Shown here piece after piece: positions 41,798-53,232 of a stretch of DNA of 64,000 bases. A program made the translations under genes and the position numbers. Within the stretch, counting starts at the first letter, position 1, and each line of letters begins with the position of its first letter. Below the pieces are notes generated by a model. The model was not told the DNA's origin. It made no database searches and saw only the letters and a list, made by a program, of their open reading frames with translations. Source of the stretch: Candidatus Latescibacterota bacterium (GTDB lineage: Bacteria > Latescibacterota > UBA2968 > SICM01); the NCBI GenBank assembly GCA_965217865.1, contig CBDCJO010000002.1, positions 1,376,001 to 1,440,000 of the forward strand, read 5' to 3'.

Positions 41798-41953
41798 AGT
41801 ATACCTCGATGGTTTTGGAACCTCTCTTGTAGGACCAGCAGGCTACCCAACCTGGCGAAAGGTGATAATGATACTGATCTGGTCCAAGTTTGCTGTAGTT
41901 AGGCCAATCGCCTCTGTTCGGTCCCCTATCTCGCAGGTCTTCAACAAGGTTGG
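41766..41953 (-). pseudogene. RelE/HigB-like toxin, 5' truncated
   Basis: Manual translation WPNYSKLGPDQYHYHL...WVACW...IEVYYAGSREDAPY*, overlapping the antitoxin start. Confidence 0.75.
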
Positions 41954-42079
41954 TTTCTGCGATCCCTTTATCTGGCCGATCCGTCTACCGACCACGGCGG
42001 GCCAGACACCCTGACAGAGCCTCTCGGCAGCCGCCGTCACGCGATCCGCGCATGGTCTTTGCTCGGCCCGCAGGAACGC

Positions 42080-42628
42080 TCAAGCGTGAATGGGGTTGTC
42101 GCGATTCGTCCATTCCATGAACCAACAACGACCTGGATAATGCCATGACGGATAATTTGATATTCGGAACACGAAACCATAGTCGTCAGCAAAATCATTG
42201 AGCTGATCCATCTCTTCATTTAGTAGCCGGGGGTAGGGTTGTGAGACTGCAATTTCTGGCTTCCCCGAGCGACTCCATATCGAGGCGTGATCCCATGCAG
42301 GTGGTGTTCTAGGCCAACCATCTGGCGGCGTTGTCCCCCAAGAACCCTTAGGTGACGACGCACCGACTATCTTCCACCAGCATCGAACCGTTTTTCTGGA
42401 AAGCTCGACACCAAGCGGATCAGCCCAATGCTTCTGCAATGTCCGCCTTGACCTCTCTACGCTGTTGTTTCCTTCCCTCACCGCATTTGCCACAAGAACT
42501 TGATCCACGCTCAAGTTCTCAGCACTCAACACTTGTGCATCAGCATCATCCAGAAATTGCCCCAAGAACTCCTTGCTTGCTCGACCCAGTGGGGAAACCT
42601 CTGAAAATCTCTCCCCTTTTCTGAACAT
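42080..42628 (-). CDS. Hypothetical protein (possibly a fragment)
   Basis: Open 182-codon frame with WDH...VSQPY...SWHYPG; family unknown. Confidence 0.45.
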   Translation of the reverse strand: MFRKGERFSEVSPLGRASKEFLGQFLDDADAQVLSAENLSVDQVLVANAVREGNNSVERSRRTLQKHWADPLGVELSRKTVRCWWKIVGASSPKGSWGTTPPDGWPRTPPAWDHASIWSRSGKPEIAVSQPYPRLLNEEMDQLNDFADDYGFVFRISNYPSWHYPGRCWFMEWTNRDNPIHA

Positions 42629-42970
42629 TTCTATCGTCTCCGGTTGCCAGAACGAGCCACTCGCGTGGAGGGCATGCAGCTATTCGTCGGTTCCATACGG
42701 CCCGAGGAGCCGCTCACCATTGCGCCCCAATGTATGAAGTGGGCAGGAACCGCACAGGCTGCACCGTCGACCTGCTTGACAAGGCTCTTCATCTCACGAA
42801 TGAGCGCAGCTGCTTCCCGCCGTTCGGCGGTCGCCGCGGCGGTGCATCCGGCAGCGGATGACCGGCACGGCATCCCGTTCCCAGTTCGCCTGATGGGTTT
42901 CCCTTCATTTACCAATCTGTCACTACAAACGGAGATTCGGACAGCTTGAACTGACTGGCAAAGAAGTGCT

Positions 42971-43349
42971 TCAGCGCTTGATCATCAAATTGCTTGCTAC
43001 CGAAAATTCTATATTGACAGCATCAACCTGGTGCAGGCGGCAATTAATTAGTTCCGCCGCGTCGATATCGAATAGCACGATGTTATGGCCGTTCTCGCCA
43101 AAATTGCTCCGATAGGCGATGCCATCAAAATTCGCCTTTTTGAATAACTCGGCGATGATCTGTGTTGCCGCATAATCGGCCATATTGTCGCTGTCGATCA
43201 TTGGCGAGGCGAAGGCCTGGTCAATATAGGACCATACGGCCTTCTCGATATCTTCCGGCGGTGGTTCTTCAAGGTAGATAAGACGGTGGCCATGGTCGTG
43301 TGAACAGTCGATGATTTCCAGCCTGCGGAGGAGCTTGAATTTCGCTAGT
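42971..43349 (-). pseudogene. RES-domain protein, C-terminal part cut by IS1380
   Basis: DYAATQIIAELFK...FDGIAYRS...NIVLFD; the frame stays open up to the IS end. Confidence 0.8.
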
Positions 43350-45180
43350 CCTAAAATAAGCGAATAGGCTTGTTGAGCGGTGTGTTATACAAGATTTCGG
43401 AGCATTTCAGACTTGTGACTTGGTGGAGATGATGTCTGGGCTGTTTTTGTGATTGTTTCGGCATGCGATTGTCTAATTAACTGAGTTTGCGGACGTGTTT
43501 TAGCCGGGGTGGACGGACTTGTCCCTGTGATGTTACGACGACAGGTGCTGACATGGCAGTCAGGCCGGTTTGAGCCATCTGATTCTGTTCCAGGCCGGGA
43601 AGAAGTCAGTCATCCACCGGTTGTAGCCCAAGACACGATAGATGATCTGTCTTCCCCGGGTCACGATCTGGCAAGGGATCCAGATCAGATTCTGGAGGAA
43701 GGCGCGAAACTCCATTCTCAGAAGTTGATCGCGACGCTCACGCTTTCGGATCATCAACGCGAACCAGGCTTTGAGGTTCCACGCCAGGGCGGTCATGACC
43801 ATGTAAGCCCAGTTGCTCATCAGGTTGTCGACGGGCATCCGCATGGCGTTGACCCCGTTCTTGAGTTGTTCAATCACGTTTTCCTGATCGCACCGTCGAT
43901 TGGCCAGCCTCACGATTTCCGCGGCCGTAAGATCTTTTCGGGTGGTAATGTAGAAGAAACAGCGCTTGTCATCGAACAGGGCGTTTTCGCCGCGTTCGAC
44001 GCTCAGGTTCTTTTCGAGGATCACGAGTCGACAGGTCTTCTTGCATCGAGCAGGACGATACGAAACCCCGGCAACACGTTCACTGGCAAGTCGGATGTTT
44101 TTGAAGCCGCGCTCCCGGATGATCCGGGCTTTCACGTTCTCGCGTTTCTGTCTCTGGGAGGTCTTGACCTGGTATTTGGGTTGTCGTTCAAAGGGCTCCC
44201 AATCGCTCTGTGACAGGGATTTGGCGATCTTGACCAATCCTCTGTAAGCATCCATGCCGAAGACGAAGTCGACCTTTTCCGACCAACGATCGAAGTGCCG
44301 GGTGAGTGAGAAGCCGGTGTCTCCGCGCAGGCAGATGCGTTTGGCGAAAGGGGCGACCAGCGCGATGGCGCGATCGATCCACTTTACGGCACCGTCGTGG
44401 CTGGGCACATGGCCGGGTCGATTCACAAGAAACAACACCTCCCTGGTGTTCGCCAGAGAGACCACGAGAGGATGGTATCCCCAGATACCGTTGTATGACA
44501 GGGCCATGCCCTGCTTGCGTTCTCCGAGGGTGGTGGCCAGGGTGCCGTCGATGTCGATGAGGGCTTCTTTGAGTTCGCCCCTGGCGCGCTTTTTCCAGAT
44601 CCGGGTGCGCACCCGGTTGATGCAATCCATCAACGTCTCGATATCCGATGGCCGGAAACGACGTGTAAAGTCGCCTGCTGTGGTCGGATCCGGGAGACGC
44701 TGAGCGCCCAAAGCGTTCAGGAACGTGGCATCCTGCCGGCGCAGCTCAATGTCTTCAAGGCGTTGACCACCAACCAGCGCATTGTAGGCGATGTTCAGAA
44801 CGTGGTCTGATTCGTGATAGGGCAAATGCACTTTCAAAAGATGAAGATGACGGTCAATCTCTTTCACCAGCCCAACCCTGCGGACCATGTGGTGAAACGC
44901 GCCGATCCCCCCACACGTGATCGCCTCGGCCTTCCCACTTATCTCGTAGTGGATGTTTCCCCCAGACATCATAGGCTTGACCTGACTGCACCACTGCTTC
45001 CGACGCAAACGACGGACAATTCGTGCTTCCCTGTTCCGAAGAATCTTCCTGTATTCTCTCATCTGAAATGCCCCTTTTGATGGCCTCTTTTTGTCTTTCA
45101 CACTACAACTATAGGCCTGAAAACTGGGGCATTTCAACTTTTTTCTACTAAAACCAAGAAAAATTCACGCTTGTATAGGG
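43350..45180 (-). mobile_element. IS1380-family element, copy 3
   Basis: Both ends present; flanks GCTAGT and ACTAGT differ. Confidence 0.93.
43560..45062 (-). CDS. IS1380-family transposase
   Basis: Full-length DDE protein. Confidence 0.92.
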   Translation of the reverse strand: MREYRKILRNREARIVRRLRRKQWCSQVKPMMSGGNIHYEISGKAEAITCGGIGAFHHMVRRVGLVKEIDRHLHLLKVHLPYHESDHVLNIAYNALVGGQRLEDIELRRQDATFLNALGAQRLPDPTTAGDFTRRFRPSDIETLMDCINRVRTRIWKKRARGELKEALIDIDGTLATTLGERKQGMALSYNGIWGYHPLVVSLANTREVLFLVNRPGHVPSHDGAVKWIDRAIALVAPFAKRICLRGDTGFSLTRHFDRWSEKVDFVFGMDAYRGLVKIAKSLSQSDWEPFERQPKYQVKTSQRQKRENVKARIIRERGFKNIRLASERVAGVSYRPARCKKTCRLVILEKNLSVERGENALFDDKRCFFYITTRKDLTAAEIVRLANRRCDQENVIEQLKNGVNAMRMPVDNLMSNWAYMVMTALAWNLKAWFALMIRKRERRDQLLRMEFRAFLQNLIWIPCQIVTRGRQIIYRVLGYNRWMTDFFPAWNRIRWLKPA

Positions 45181-45389
45181 ACTAGTGGCATTGATCCTAC
45201 CTAGAAGCCTGTCTGGGGTCACCGTTTGCCTCAGGCTGATCTGACTTATGCTGAAGACCGTAAGGGCGAGGCTGGTGGCTGCCTGCCCTGCAATTATAGT
45301 AGGCAGCTTCATGAAAGTATTTGAACTTGGATACCCCTTCCTTTGGAAGGGGAGGAAAAGTTTAGCTTGCTGAGGGTAAGCTAAAAGGC

Positions 45390-45545
45390 TGTTTTGTCCG
45401 TACCGTAGTCGAAAAGGTAACTTCTAAAGTGATCAGAGGATATATTCGGTTTCATCTTCAAGAGCAGAAAGGGCCCCTACAGTTGGATCTGTTTGGGGAG
45501 GGGAGTGGTTAATGCCCCGCCCTTTGGGCGGGGTGATTTACTGAT
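45390..45545 (+). mobile_element. IS200/IS605 right-end remnant
   Basis: Degenerate TnpA tail (FVRTVVEKVTSKVIRGYI) followed by hairpin GCCCCGCCC-TTT-GGGCGGGGT. Confidence 0.7.
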
Positions 45546-46498
45546 CCGAGGTTTCCTGCAAACGGTATGGCAGCCATCCCGGCTGCCTCAAGTAGAGTCG
45601 CGAGAATCAACAGCCAACCTGGACCCATTAGCTTCCCGAGCGGAACAGCACACAGCGCGCCCACAATCGATGCACCTCCCGCGATCGAGCCGATGATTCC
45701 CAGCCAAATCGGCGTAATGTTCAAGGTGCGGACCAAGAAGAGAACCCAAACGGTACTTTGTACGGCTCCTGCCGCACTTGCGATGGCAGTGCCAATGGTC
45801 ATCGCTCTCAAGATGGGGTGTGTGAACAGAGTTACGATTCCTTCCTTGATGTCAGATAGCATTCCCAGGCTCTTCCTTGCCTTTACGATTTCCGTTTCAT
45901 CGAAACGCATCCAAAAAAAGAGCAGGCCTGAAACCAGAAATGAAATCGAATCCACAATTAATGCCAGGGGAGCAGTCAAGATGTCGACAAGAAAGCCAGC
46001 TGCTCCAGGTCCTGCTACCCCCGCAGTAGATGTGCTCAGCTGTAGTCTGGAATTTCCCTCAACCAAGTCCTCTCTTCCCAGGATGTAAGGCAGAAAAGAT
46101 GTCGAGGCCAAGACATGAAGCATCGCGAGCGTACCGCCAGCAAAAGAAATCACATACAACAACTCAATCGATAACCATCCAATGAGAGCTGCGGTAGGGA
46201 TCAATCCCAGTAGCAATCCCTGTCCAAACTGAGTTGCGAATAGGATAGGCTTCCTCTTGGCGCGATCAATCCATACACCGGCGAATAGAGCAAAGAGAAG
46301 CACATGTAGATTCTCTGCCGCTCTGAGATACCCCATCTCCTTCGCGCCAACTCGAAGTGTAATGACGGCAACGAGGGGCAGCGCAAGATTCGTGATGGCA
46401 GAGCCGAAGTCCGAAATGGTGGCTCCGCTCCAAAGCTTCGCGAAGTCAGAGTTTGACCGCGCCAGCCGGAAGAATCCCCCTTTTAAAGCATCACTCAT
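45509..46498 (-). pseudogene. MFS transporter, C-terminally truncated
   Basis: FAKLWSGATISDFGS and AGVWIDRAKRK; multiple TM helices; ends inside the IS200 remnant. Confidence 0.82.
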
Positions 46499-46593
46499 AA
46501 GTAATATGCTCTTTGTTTCCGGGTCCTCGGACCCGGATCTTGTCCCCAACCGGAGTGGTCCCATGCCAGTAAGCGAGCTGGGGAAGTGTGCAG

Positions 46594-47157
46594 TTATTCG
46601 CCTGCAACGGTCATAACTTCAATTGCTTTCCGCAGGTACAGCACGTTATATGGAGACAATTTCAAAGAATTTATTTCATCAAGATTGATAAAATACGAAC
46701 CTTGCTCCCAATCTCCCTTTGACTTCCGACGGAGTCTAGGTTTGTCAGGTTGAGAAGTGAAAACCAGTTGAAAAAAGTCCGGGTATGGATATCTGTATTC
46801 TGCAGGTTTGGGGCTCATATGATGGAAATGCATGAATCCAAGCATTTGCGTCTGATTTATAGTCCAGCCTGCTTCCTCAAGGACCTCTCTTCGCAACGTT
46901 TCCTCAATTGATTCGTTTCCTTCACGGCGTCCGCCGGGTAATACATGAAAAGTGCCATCAGTGCTTTGGACAACAAGCACTGATTTGCCCATCAACAACA
47001 CGCATCTGACTGATGTCACGTATTCGAGAGGGGGCGGCTTATCACACACATAGGTTCTGATTCGGAGTTCTATACTACCATCTCCCCACGAGGTCAATTC
47101 CTCTGCTTCATACTTTTGGCCTTTAAGAAAAGCGGTTATTTCGGCATTCATGCTCAT
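46594..47157 (-). CDS. NUDIX hydrolase
   Basis: Nudix box GGRREGNESIEETLRREVLEEAG. Confidence 0.92.
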   Translation of the reverse strand: MSMNAEITAFLKGQKYEAEELTSWGDGSIELRIRTYVCDKPPPLEYVTSVRCVLLMGKSVLVVQSTDGTFHVLPGGRREGNESIEETLRREVLEEAGWTINQTQMLGFMHFHHMSPKPAEYRYPYPDFFQLVFTSQPDKPRLRRKSKGDWEQGSYFINLDEINSLKLSPYNVLYLRKAIEVMTVAGE

Positions 47158-47319
47158 TATAAAATGAAGGGTCCTTTAGAATCTTATATTTGGTTGCAGG
47201 CGTAAATCGACGTGTAGACCGATCGCGGTGCAGCCTATCTCAGGCGTAGGGGAAGGGTTGGCTGATGTTTGGGTAGGAGGGAGCCCTTCACCCAGGCTTA
47301 GGACGGACCCGACAGGGAA

Positions 47320-48630
47320 TCACTTTCGATCAACAGCCTTCCTGGCAGCGGCAAAAGCTAATTCGCTGATCGTTGGATGAGCTGTATAAATTGACGCGAG
47401 ATCATCTACTTTAGCCCTAACCTGAATGGCTAACGCGACGGGCGCCAGAAGGTCATTTGCGTCCGGCCCCACTGCAAGTCCGCCAATAATCTGCCCATTG
47501 CTCTCTAAACCGAGCCTTAGAAATCCGTTACCTCCGTCCAACAAGTGACTCTTCAGGACTTTCTCATATTGGATCTCCACCACATCTGCCGCTGTTCGGA
47601 TATTCCCTACCATCGAAACTTGAGGTTCGGTGTAGATGCCAAAAACAATGGTGTCCATGCGGAAAGGACTCGGACTAGCCCCCATTGCGTGCAATCCAGC
47701 TACTCGGCCTTGAGACATTGCCAAATTGGCTGATCCCAGATTGGCGCCATTGACAGCATAAACCTTGGGGTTTGTTGTCTGCAAAAATTCATTTACAGCC
47801 AATGATCCGTTCTGATTGGCCTCTAAATCAACTCCCTCCAGATTGAGGGTATCAATATCCGGTTTGTAAAAAAGCGACACAAACGCCATCGAGCTTTCAT
47901 GCCGAGTGCCATCATCTGTTGTGACAACCACTCCGCTTGGGGTTCGCGCTATCTTTTTTGCCAGAGGCCCTTGCCACAGCTTAACACCGCGATTCCCCAG
48001 AATATCAGCAAGATATTTCCCCGCGTCTGACGGAAAACCTGGTAATACGCCTTCCTCGGCCACCATCCAGATAACATCGACTCCCAGTTTGTTGAATATG
48101 AAGACATATTCTGCAGAAGGTGGTCCAGGCCCAATGACGATGATATCTTTGGGCAGAAACTTCAGATCCTGCAACAGGTGTGGCGCAATGATTCGATCGC
48201 CATCAGGTTCCAGCCCTGGCGGATAAAAAGGATATGCACCCGTAGCCAGGATAATTCCATCAGCTTCGATCTTATCTTTGATATTACCGTCGCGATCCTT
48301 CACCAGAACTTCAGCGGAAGAGCCGAAACTTGCCCTCCCTTCCACAATCTTGACTCCAGCCGCATGAAGGTCCGCTGCAACCATTTTACTCCAGTTCCCC
48401 GCCAAAGAACAAAAGTCAGACCAAACAGATTGCGGGTTCTTATCACGTTTGTTTTCTGCGGCACGGGCAGCATCGATCCAGGCCTTGCTGATCATCAAGG
48501 TTTCCCAGGTTGCGCGTCCCCCAACCGGACCATTACTGATCAAAATTGAGCGCCCGCCACTTACCGCAACGGTTCTGGCTGCCTCGATTCCACCGGGTCC
48601 GCCACCGATGATTACGATATGCTTTGCCAC
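47320..48630 (-). CDS. LpdA-like flavoprotein (pyridine nucleotide-disulfide oxidoreductase family) lacking redox Cys
   Basis: IIGGGPGG, ILATG and C-terminal HPTISE; the active-site segment GGRATWETLMISK has no Cys. Confidence 0.85.
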   Translation of the reverse strand: MAKHIVIIGGGPGGIEAARTVAVSGGRSILISNGPVGGRATWETLMISKAWIDAARAAENKRDKNPQSVWSDFCSLAGNWSKMVAADLHAAGVKIVEGRASFGSSAEVLVKDRDGNIKDKIEADGIILATGAYPFYPPGLEPDGDRIIAPHLLQDLKFLPKDIIVIGPGPPSAEYVFIFNKLGVDVIWMVAEEGVLPGFPSDAGKYLADILGNRGVKLWQGPLAKKIARTPSGVVVTTDDGTRHESSMAFVSLFYKPDIDTLNLEGVDLEANQNGSLAVNEFLQTTNPKVYAVNGANLGSANLAMSQGRVAGLHAMGASPSPFRMDTIVFGIYTEPQVSMVGNIRTAADVVEIQYEKVLKSHLLDGGNGFLRLGLESNGQIIGGLAVGPDANDLLAPVALAIQVRAKVDDLASIYTAHPTISELAFAAARKAVDRK

Positions 48631-48737
48631 GTAGAAGCCTTCGTTTGAATTAGCCCATGCACTCTTGGGGTTACCCTACAACGTGCTAGATGAGATCTAC
48701 GGGGGGATAGGTAGTGATCTCTGGATACATACATCCA

Positions 48738-49995
48738 TTATTCAACAAAACTGATCCCAATTCCTGCGGAATATCCCTTCCTAATTTGCTCGCCTTCAAG
48801 AAATCCTGCTGTCTTATATCCGATTCGAAATGCCAGGCTTACGGATGGATGGCTTCTTCTTATCTTATAGAAAAGCCTTCCCGAAATTGTTCCTCCTAAC
48901 CCTGATCTACTATTGGTCGTGCGCGTTCTACCCAGTAGAAGTGATGGCTGATGCCACAATCCCAAACTTGAATCGAGAGAAATATGCTGGTTAGAGAATA
49001 AATTGTCTACATCGATGCCAAAACCCTCAGATCTGTGAAACGTAGAAATTCCGTGTCTAAAATAAGCGTTTATGACTCTTTGAGAACTTACAATGAAATT
49101 CACGAAATAAACCTCTGAACCGAAAGGCGTCAGGCCTAGCCGAAAGGAAGGCAGATATCGGATGCCTCGAATTCTAACCATCGGAACCTGTTGGTTCCCT
49201 TTGCCCTCCCATATATAAGCAACAAGAAAAGCATATGTTGAAATGAATTGAAACGGATTGAGTGCATTGATTAAAGATTGCTTTGTCAGGTCATCCAATG
49301 TCAACCTGGAATCCTCTTGCCTTTGGTATCCCTCGAGAGAATTAAGCGTTCTCAAATAAGCGATAATATCATTATTGGAAGAATTCAGCCTTCGCTGCTT
49401 TGTCCGTATGATATACCAGCTTAAATCGTTCGCGGAAAAGAGGTAGAAAACTGCTTCCCTATACTTGATGCTTCCTCGGTGCAGCCACTTGGAGCGAATG
49501 GATTTGGATAACTGCGTATTGGCTTCAGACCCTCCAATAATCACCATTATCCGCTCATGGGTTGTTATTGTTCTATTTGAGATGAGCCCCCCCGGAAATG
49601 GCATAACCATTCCCATTGCCATAGGGGGGGAACAGGCTCAAGCTATAGGAATTATTCTTATATCCAAATTCGCGATAACGTGAACCGTGTCCGAACACTT
49701 CATGCTGAGTCAAAATAGCCAGATGGTCAATAACGTTATCCAGCAGGACGGTTTTGCTCAACCTATAAAATATTCCGATCGCTTTGCGGCTCTTTTTGTC
49801 CTCCTCAAACCATCTTGGCTTGAGATATCTGTCCAACATAGAAGAAGTTCCGTATTGAAAGGCAATGAGATTCTCTGCGCCGATCTGAGTCGATTTCCTC
49901 CCATCTATCTCTACCAAATACCGCACCTCGGCAAGTGCTGTCCTGCATTGAAGAACAAAGACACATAGGATAAGGTAAAGAACTACATTTCTCAT
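48738..49995 (-). pseudogene. Exported/outer-membrane hypothetical protein, frameshift near 49620
   Basis: Signal peptide, QHEVFGHG and a beta-strand-rich C-terminus; two overlapping ORFs meet near a C7 run. Confidence 0.6.
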
Positions 49996-50026
49996 CGTAG
50001 ATGAAACACCGTCAGTTTTAATACCT

Positions 50027-51310
50027 TCAGTTCGTAATCTTCTCCAATTCCTGAAAATAACCCGGAAATGTTTTGTTCACGCAGCAAGGGTCATTAATGC
50101 GGATTCCAGGAGTCCTCAACCCGATCAATGAGAAACTCATCGCCATTCGGTGATCTTTATATGTGTCGATGGTCGATGGGGTTATTTTCGAGGGTGAGAT
50201 GGTGATTCCATCTGGGCGCTCGACCACCTTGACCCCCAGTTTAGTGAGTTCTGTTACCATCGCAGTTATCCTGTCGGTCTCCTGCCAGCGAGTATGATCG
50301 ATGTTGCGAATATTCACTTCACCTTCGGCAAACGGGGCTATCGCTGCCAGCGTAAGGGATGTGTCCGAGATCGCCTTCATATCTATGTCGATTCCTTTAA
50401 GCTTCCTGGCTCCGATCACTTCAATCCCATCTTCATATCGATTGACAGAACAACCCATCTGTTCAAGCACATCAACGAAATGAATGTCACCTTGCGCAGA
50501 ATTGGGGGATATGTTCTTGACGCGAACACGTCCGCCCGTGAGTGCGGCAGCGGCGAAAAAATACGACGCGTTTGAAGCGTCCGGTTCAATTTCATATGTA
50601 CGGGACTGGTAACACTGCCTTCCGGCAATTCGGAAGGTGCGGTAGTTATCGTGGTCGACTTCAATGCCGAAGGCCCGCATGACTGTCATCGTGATATCGA
50701 TGTATTGTGTTTTGAATTCACCGATCATTTCTATTTCGAGCCCGTCATCGCTGTAGGGGGCAGTGAGCATAAGAGAAGTAAGAAACTGGCTGCTCTTATT
50801 TGCGTTGAGTTGCGCCTTTCCTCCTTTGAACCCCTTCGCGCAAACGACAACAGGGAGGCGGCCGTTTGCAGATTTCGAGTAGGCATTCACGCCGAGTTGG
50901 CCAAGCACGTGAAGCAAATCCGAGATGGGACGACTATGGCGCATGGGCTCATCGCCGTCGATAACAAATGTTCCGTTTCCAAGAGTGACATAGGTGACCA
51001 GTGAACGGGCAGCAGTCCCCGCATTTCCGATGTAGAGTTCCGCCCCACTAACCGGTATTTTCCCACCATTGCCTATAACCTCAAAGCTGCAGGACTTTGA
51101 GTCTGCAACCACTGAGACCCCGAGGGTCTTCAATGCGTCGGACATGAATCTAGTGTCTTCGCTGAAGAGCGCACCATTCAGTTGCGATTTCCCTTTTGCA
51201 AGGGCAGCGACAAGCAGTGCCCGATTGGTGAAACTCTTTGAACCGGGAACTGTTACAACTGCGTCAAGAGGTGGCTGGAGAGGCTGAATTTCGATTGAGC
51301 TAGCGTTCAA
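50027..51310 (-). CDS. aroA: 3-phosphoshikimate 1-carboxyvinyltransferase (EPSP synthase)
   Basis: PGSKSFTNR, GNAGTAAR, SSQFLTSL, ETDR, DHRMAM and KTFP motifs. Confidence 0.96.
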   Translation of the reverse strand: MNASSIEIQPLQPPLDAVVTVPGSKSFTNRALLVAALAKGKSQLNGALFSEDTRFMSDALKTLGVSVVADSKSCSFEVIGNGGKIPVSGAELYIGNAGTAARSLVTYVTLGNGTFVIDGDEPMRHSRPISDLLHVLGQLGVNAYSKSANGRLPVVVCAKGFKGGKAQLNANKSSQFLTSLMLTAPYSDDGLEIEMIGEFKTQYIDITMTVMRAFGIEVDHDNYRTFRIAGRQCYQSRTYEIEPDASNASYFFAAAALTGGRVRVKNISPNSAQGDIHFVDVLEQMGCSVNRYEDGIEVIGARKLKGIDIDMKAISDTSLTLAAIAPFAEGEVNIRNIDHTRWQETDRITAMVTELTKLGVKVVERPDGITISPSKITPSTIDTYKDHRMAMSFSLIGLRTPGIRINDPCCVNKTFPGYFQELEKITN

Positions 51311-51374
51311 TTAACTTTACCTCGCTAATGTAACGCGGGTACAACCAGATGTTTTCTTTGGTTTTCCACGGGTT

Positions 51375-51706
51375 CCTAAGCCCAGGATTCCGACTCTGAC
51401 TCCGTTAACGTTCTTAATCAGGTAAGGCGGAAAAATCGAGCCGCCGTGATGCCTGTAAGTCACGGTTGCGTGGACAAATGGTGTGCTCACGCGGGCCGTT
51501 TGGCGTTGTAAATTATCAATGCCGAAGTAAAAATCTCCATTACCCGGTGTAATCGCATCAACGCCCATTTTCTCGAATGCAAGTAAATTAACGTGACCAC
51601 CATAGTATACTGTGACTGGGTCTCCACGGGAAAAAATGTCTCCAGCGTGCAGAAACAGAACGTTCTTGGGGTTCTCCTGACGGATGTTTTTAACCAGTGA
51701 GGATAG
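51375..51706 (-). pseudogene. Bifunctional metallophosphatase/5'-nucleotidase, N-proximal piece (inverted)
   Basis: LFLHAGDIFS...VDAITPGNGDF...VRVGILGLG. Confidence 0.8.
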
Positions 51707-53232
51707 CAGCCCGTTGAAGAACTACCTTTCAACGCACATAGACGGAAAAGACGCCTGGAGTGCGGGTCAGATAAATCAAGGTAAGGAGATTGAGCAGGAG
51801 ACGCTGATAAGAGGTTAAAAAGGTGACCGAGGGCAGCAAACGTGATTGTAGGACGAGCAGTAGACGCTGCAAGGCCTTGGCCAGGTCCTGGAGGGCCTTC
51901 GGAGTACCTACGCCCATCACTTTGCGCATGAGCAGAGCCAGGTTGCAGCCCCCGATGTGGATCAGCAAACGCTTGAGGATATTGCCGCGGTCTCTCAAGT
52001 GCAACCTGCGCATGCCACCGGTATCATATGTGTGAGCGATGGTTCTTTCCACCCGTTCTGCACGACTTCGGCGCAAGGCCTTGCCGCGATCTCCCTTGAT
52101 CCGGCGTCGATTCGCATATACCGCGGCCTGCTCATCTCGTCGGCCGTTCCACTTGCGGCGTCCCCGATCCGGTTCTGAAATGTAACTCCGGATGCCGCCT
52201 TGCTTCAGACTGGTCAATACATCGTTGCTATGATATCCTTTGTCCGCAACCACCTCCCGTATACGCTGTCTGTGCAAACGTTTGGCAGCTTTTTCGTCCT
52301 TCGCGACCTGCTTGAGATTGAGCTGCGCCTCGAGCAGCGTCCAGGGCAACGACTCGGTATCTCCTTCATCTGCTCCCGACAACGCCACTGCCACAATGGC
52401 ATTGGTGTCCAGATCCACCGCGTGCTCCACCTTGTGCGCCATGTGCGTGCGACCGTCCTTCATCTTAGCGATCTTGGCATCCGGGTCGTGCGGGTGCTCC
52501 CAGTCCTGGTTCGATCCCTTCTTCGGTCGCTTCTTATCGATCTTGGACAAGTCCTCGCGGGTAGGCGTTTCAATGCCCGAGGCCTTGGCCAGATTCTCAA
52601 GGAATGCCTGGTAGCCTTCACCCGTGTCACGGCGTACAATGCTGCGCATCGCGGCGTTGGCCTCCAGTGTCGTAGCATCCACGCCCAACGTCTTCCCCTT
52701 CACCAGACCCGCTTTGCACAAGACCCTCAGGATCCACTTGAAAACCGCTTCGTGAACTTCCAAGGGAAGCCGATGCCGGATGCGAGACAGGCTGGAATGA
52801 TCCGGGGTCTGTTCGTCAAGGGCATACCCCAAAAACCGGCGCAACGTCAGCGAGTCAGATACACGCCATTCGATCCCACGTTCCGAATCAAGTCCCTCGA
52901 AATACCCAATCAAAAGCATCCGAAAATAAACCCCGGGCGGAATGCCCTTGCGACCCATATGAGGAGCGTAATACCGCTGGCAAAGCCCCTCGACGAACTC
53001 GTCGAAGCCGTTCGCCCCCAATACCTGATTCAGCTTCTCGTAGAACGGATGACCCGGAGATTTCACCAAAGTGTTCGATGCGATGAACAGGTTTTCCTGT
53101 CTCTGTCGTCCTCGTTTTCCCATTGCCATTTGCTCGTCCTCCCTTCTCAGTTTGAACCTGATATATCATAGGACCAAACCACAAGGAAAGACAACAGTCA
53201 TCTTGGCATAAACGCACTTTTTCAACAGGCTG
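51707..53232 (-). mobile_element. IS1182-like element, copy 4
   Basis: Both TIRs present; flanks ATAG and TTAG differ. Confidence 0.93.
51729..53129 (-). CDS. DDE transposase (IS1182-like)
   Basis: Same protein as copy 3. Confidence 0.92.
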   Translation of the reverse strand: MAMGKRGRQRQENLFIASNTLVKSPGHPFYEKLNQVLGANGFDEFVEGLCQRYYAPHMGRKGIPPGVYFRMLLIGYFEGLDSERGIEWRVSDSLTLRRFLGYALDEQTPDHSSLSRIRHRLPLEVHEAVFKWILRVLCKAGLVKGKTLGVDATTLEANAAMRSIVRRDTGEGYQAFLENLAKASGIETPTREDLSKIDKKRPKKGSNQDWEHPHDPDAKIAKMKDGRTHMAHKVEHAVDLDTNAIVAVALSGADEGDTESLPWTLLEAQLNLKQVAKDEKAAKRLHRQRIREVVADKGYHSNDVLTSLKQGGIRSYISEPDRGRRKWNGRRDEQAAVYANRRRIKGDRGKALRRSRAERVERTIAHTYDTGGMRRLHLRDRGNILKRLLIHIGGCNLALLMRKVMGVGTPKALQDLAKALQRLLLVLQSRLLPSVTFLTSYQRLLLNLLTLIYLTRTPGVFSVYVR

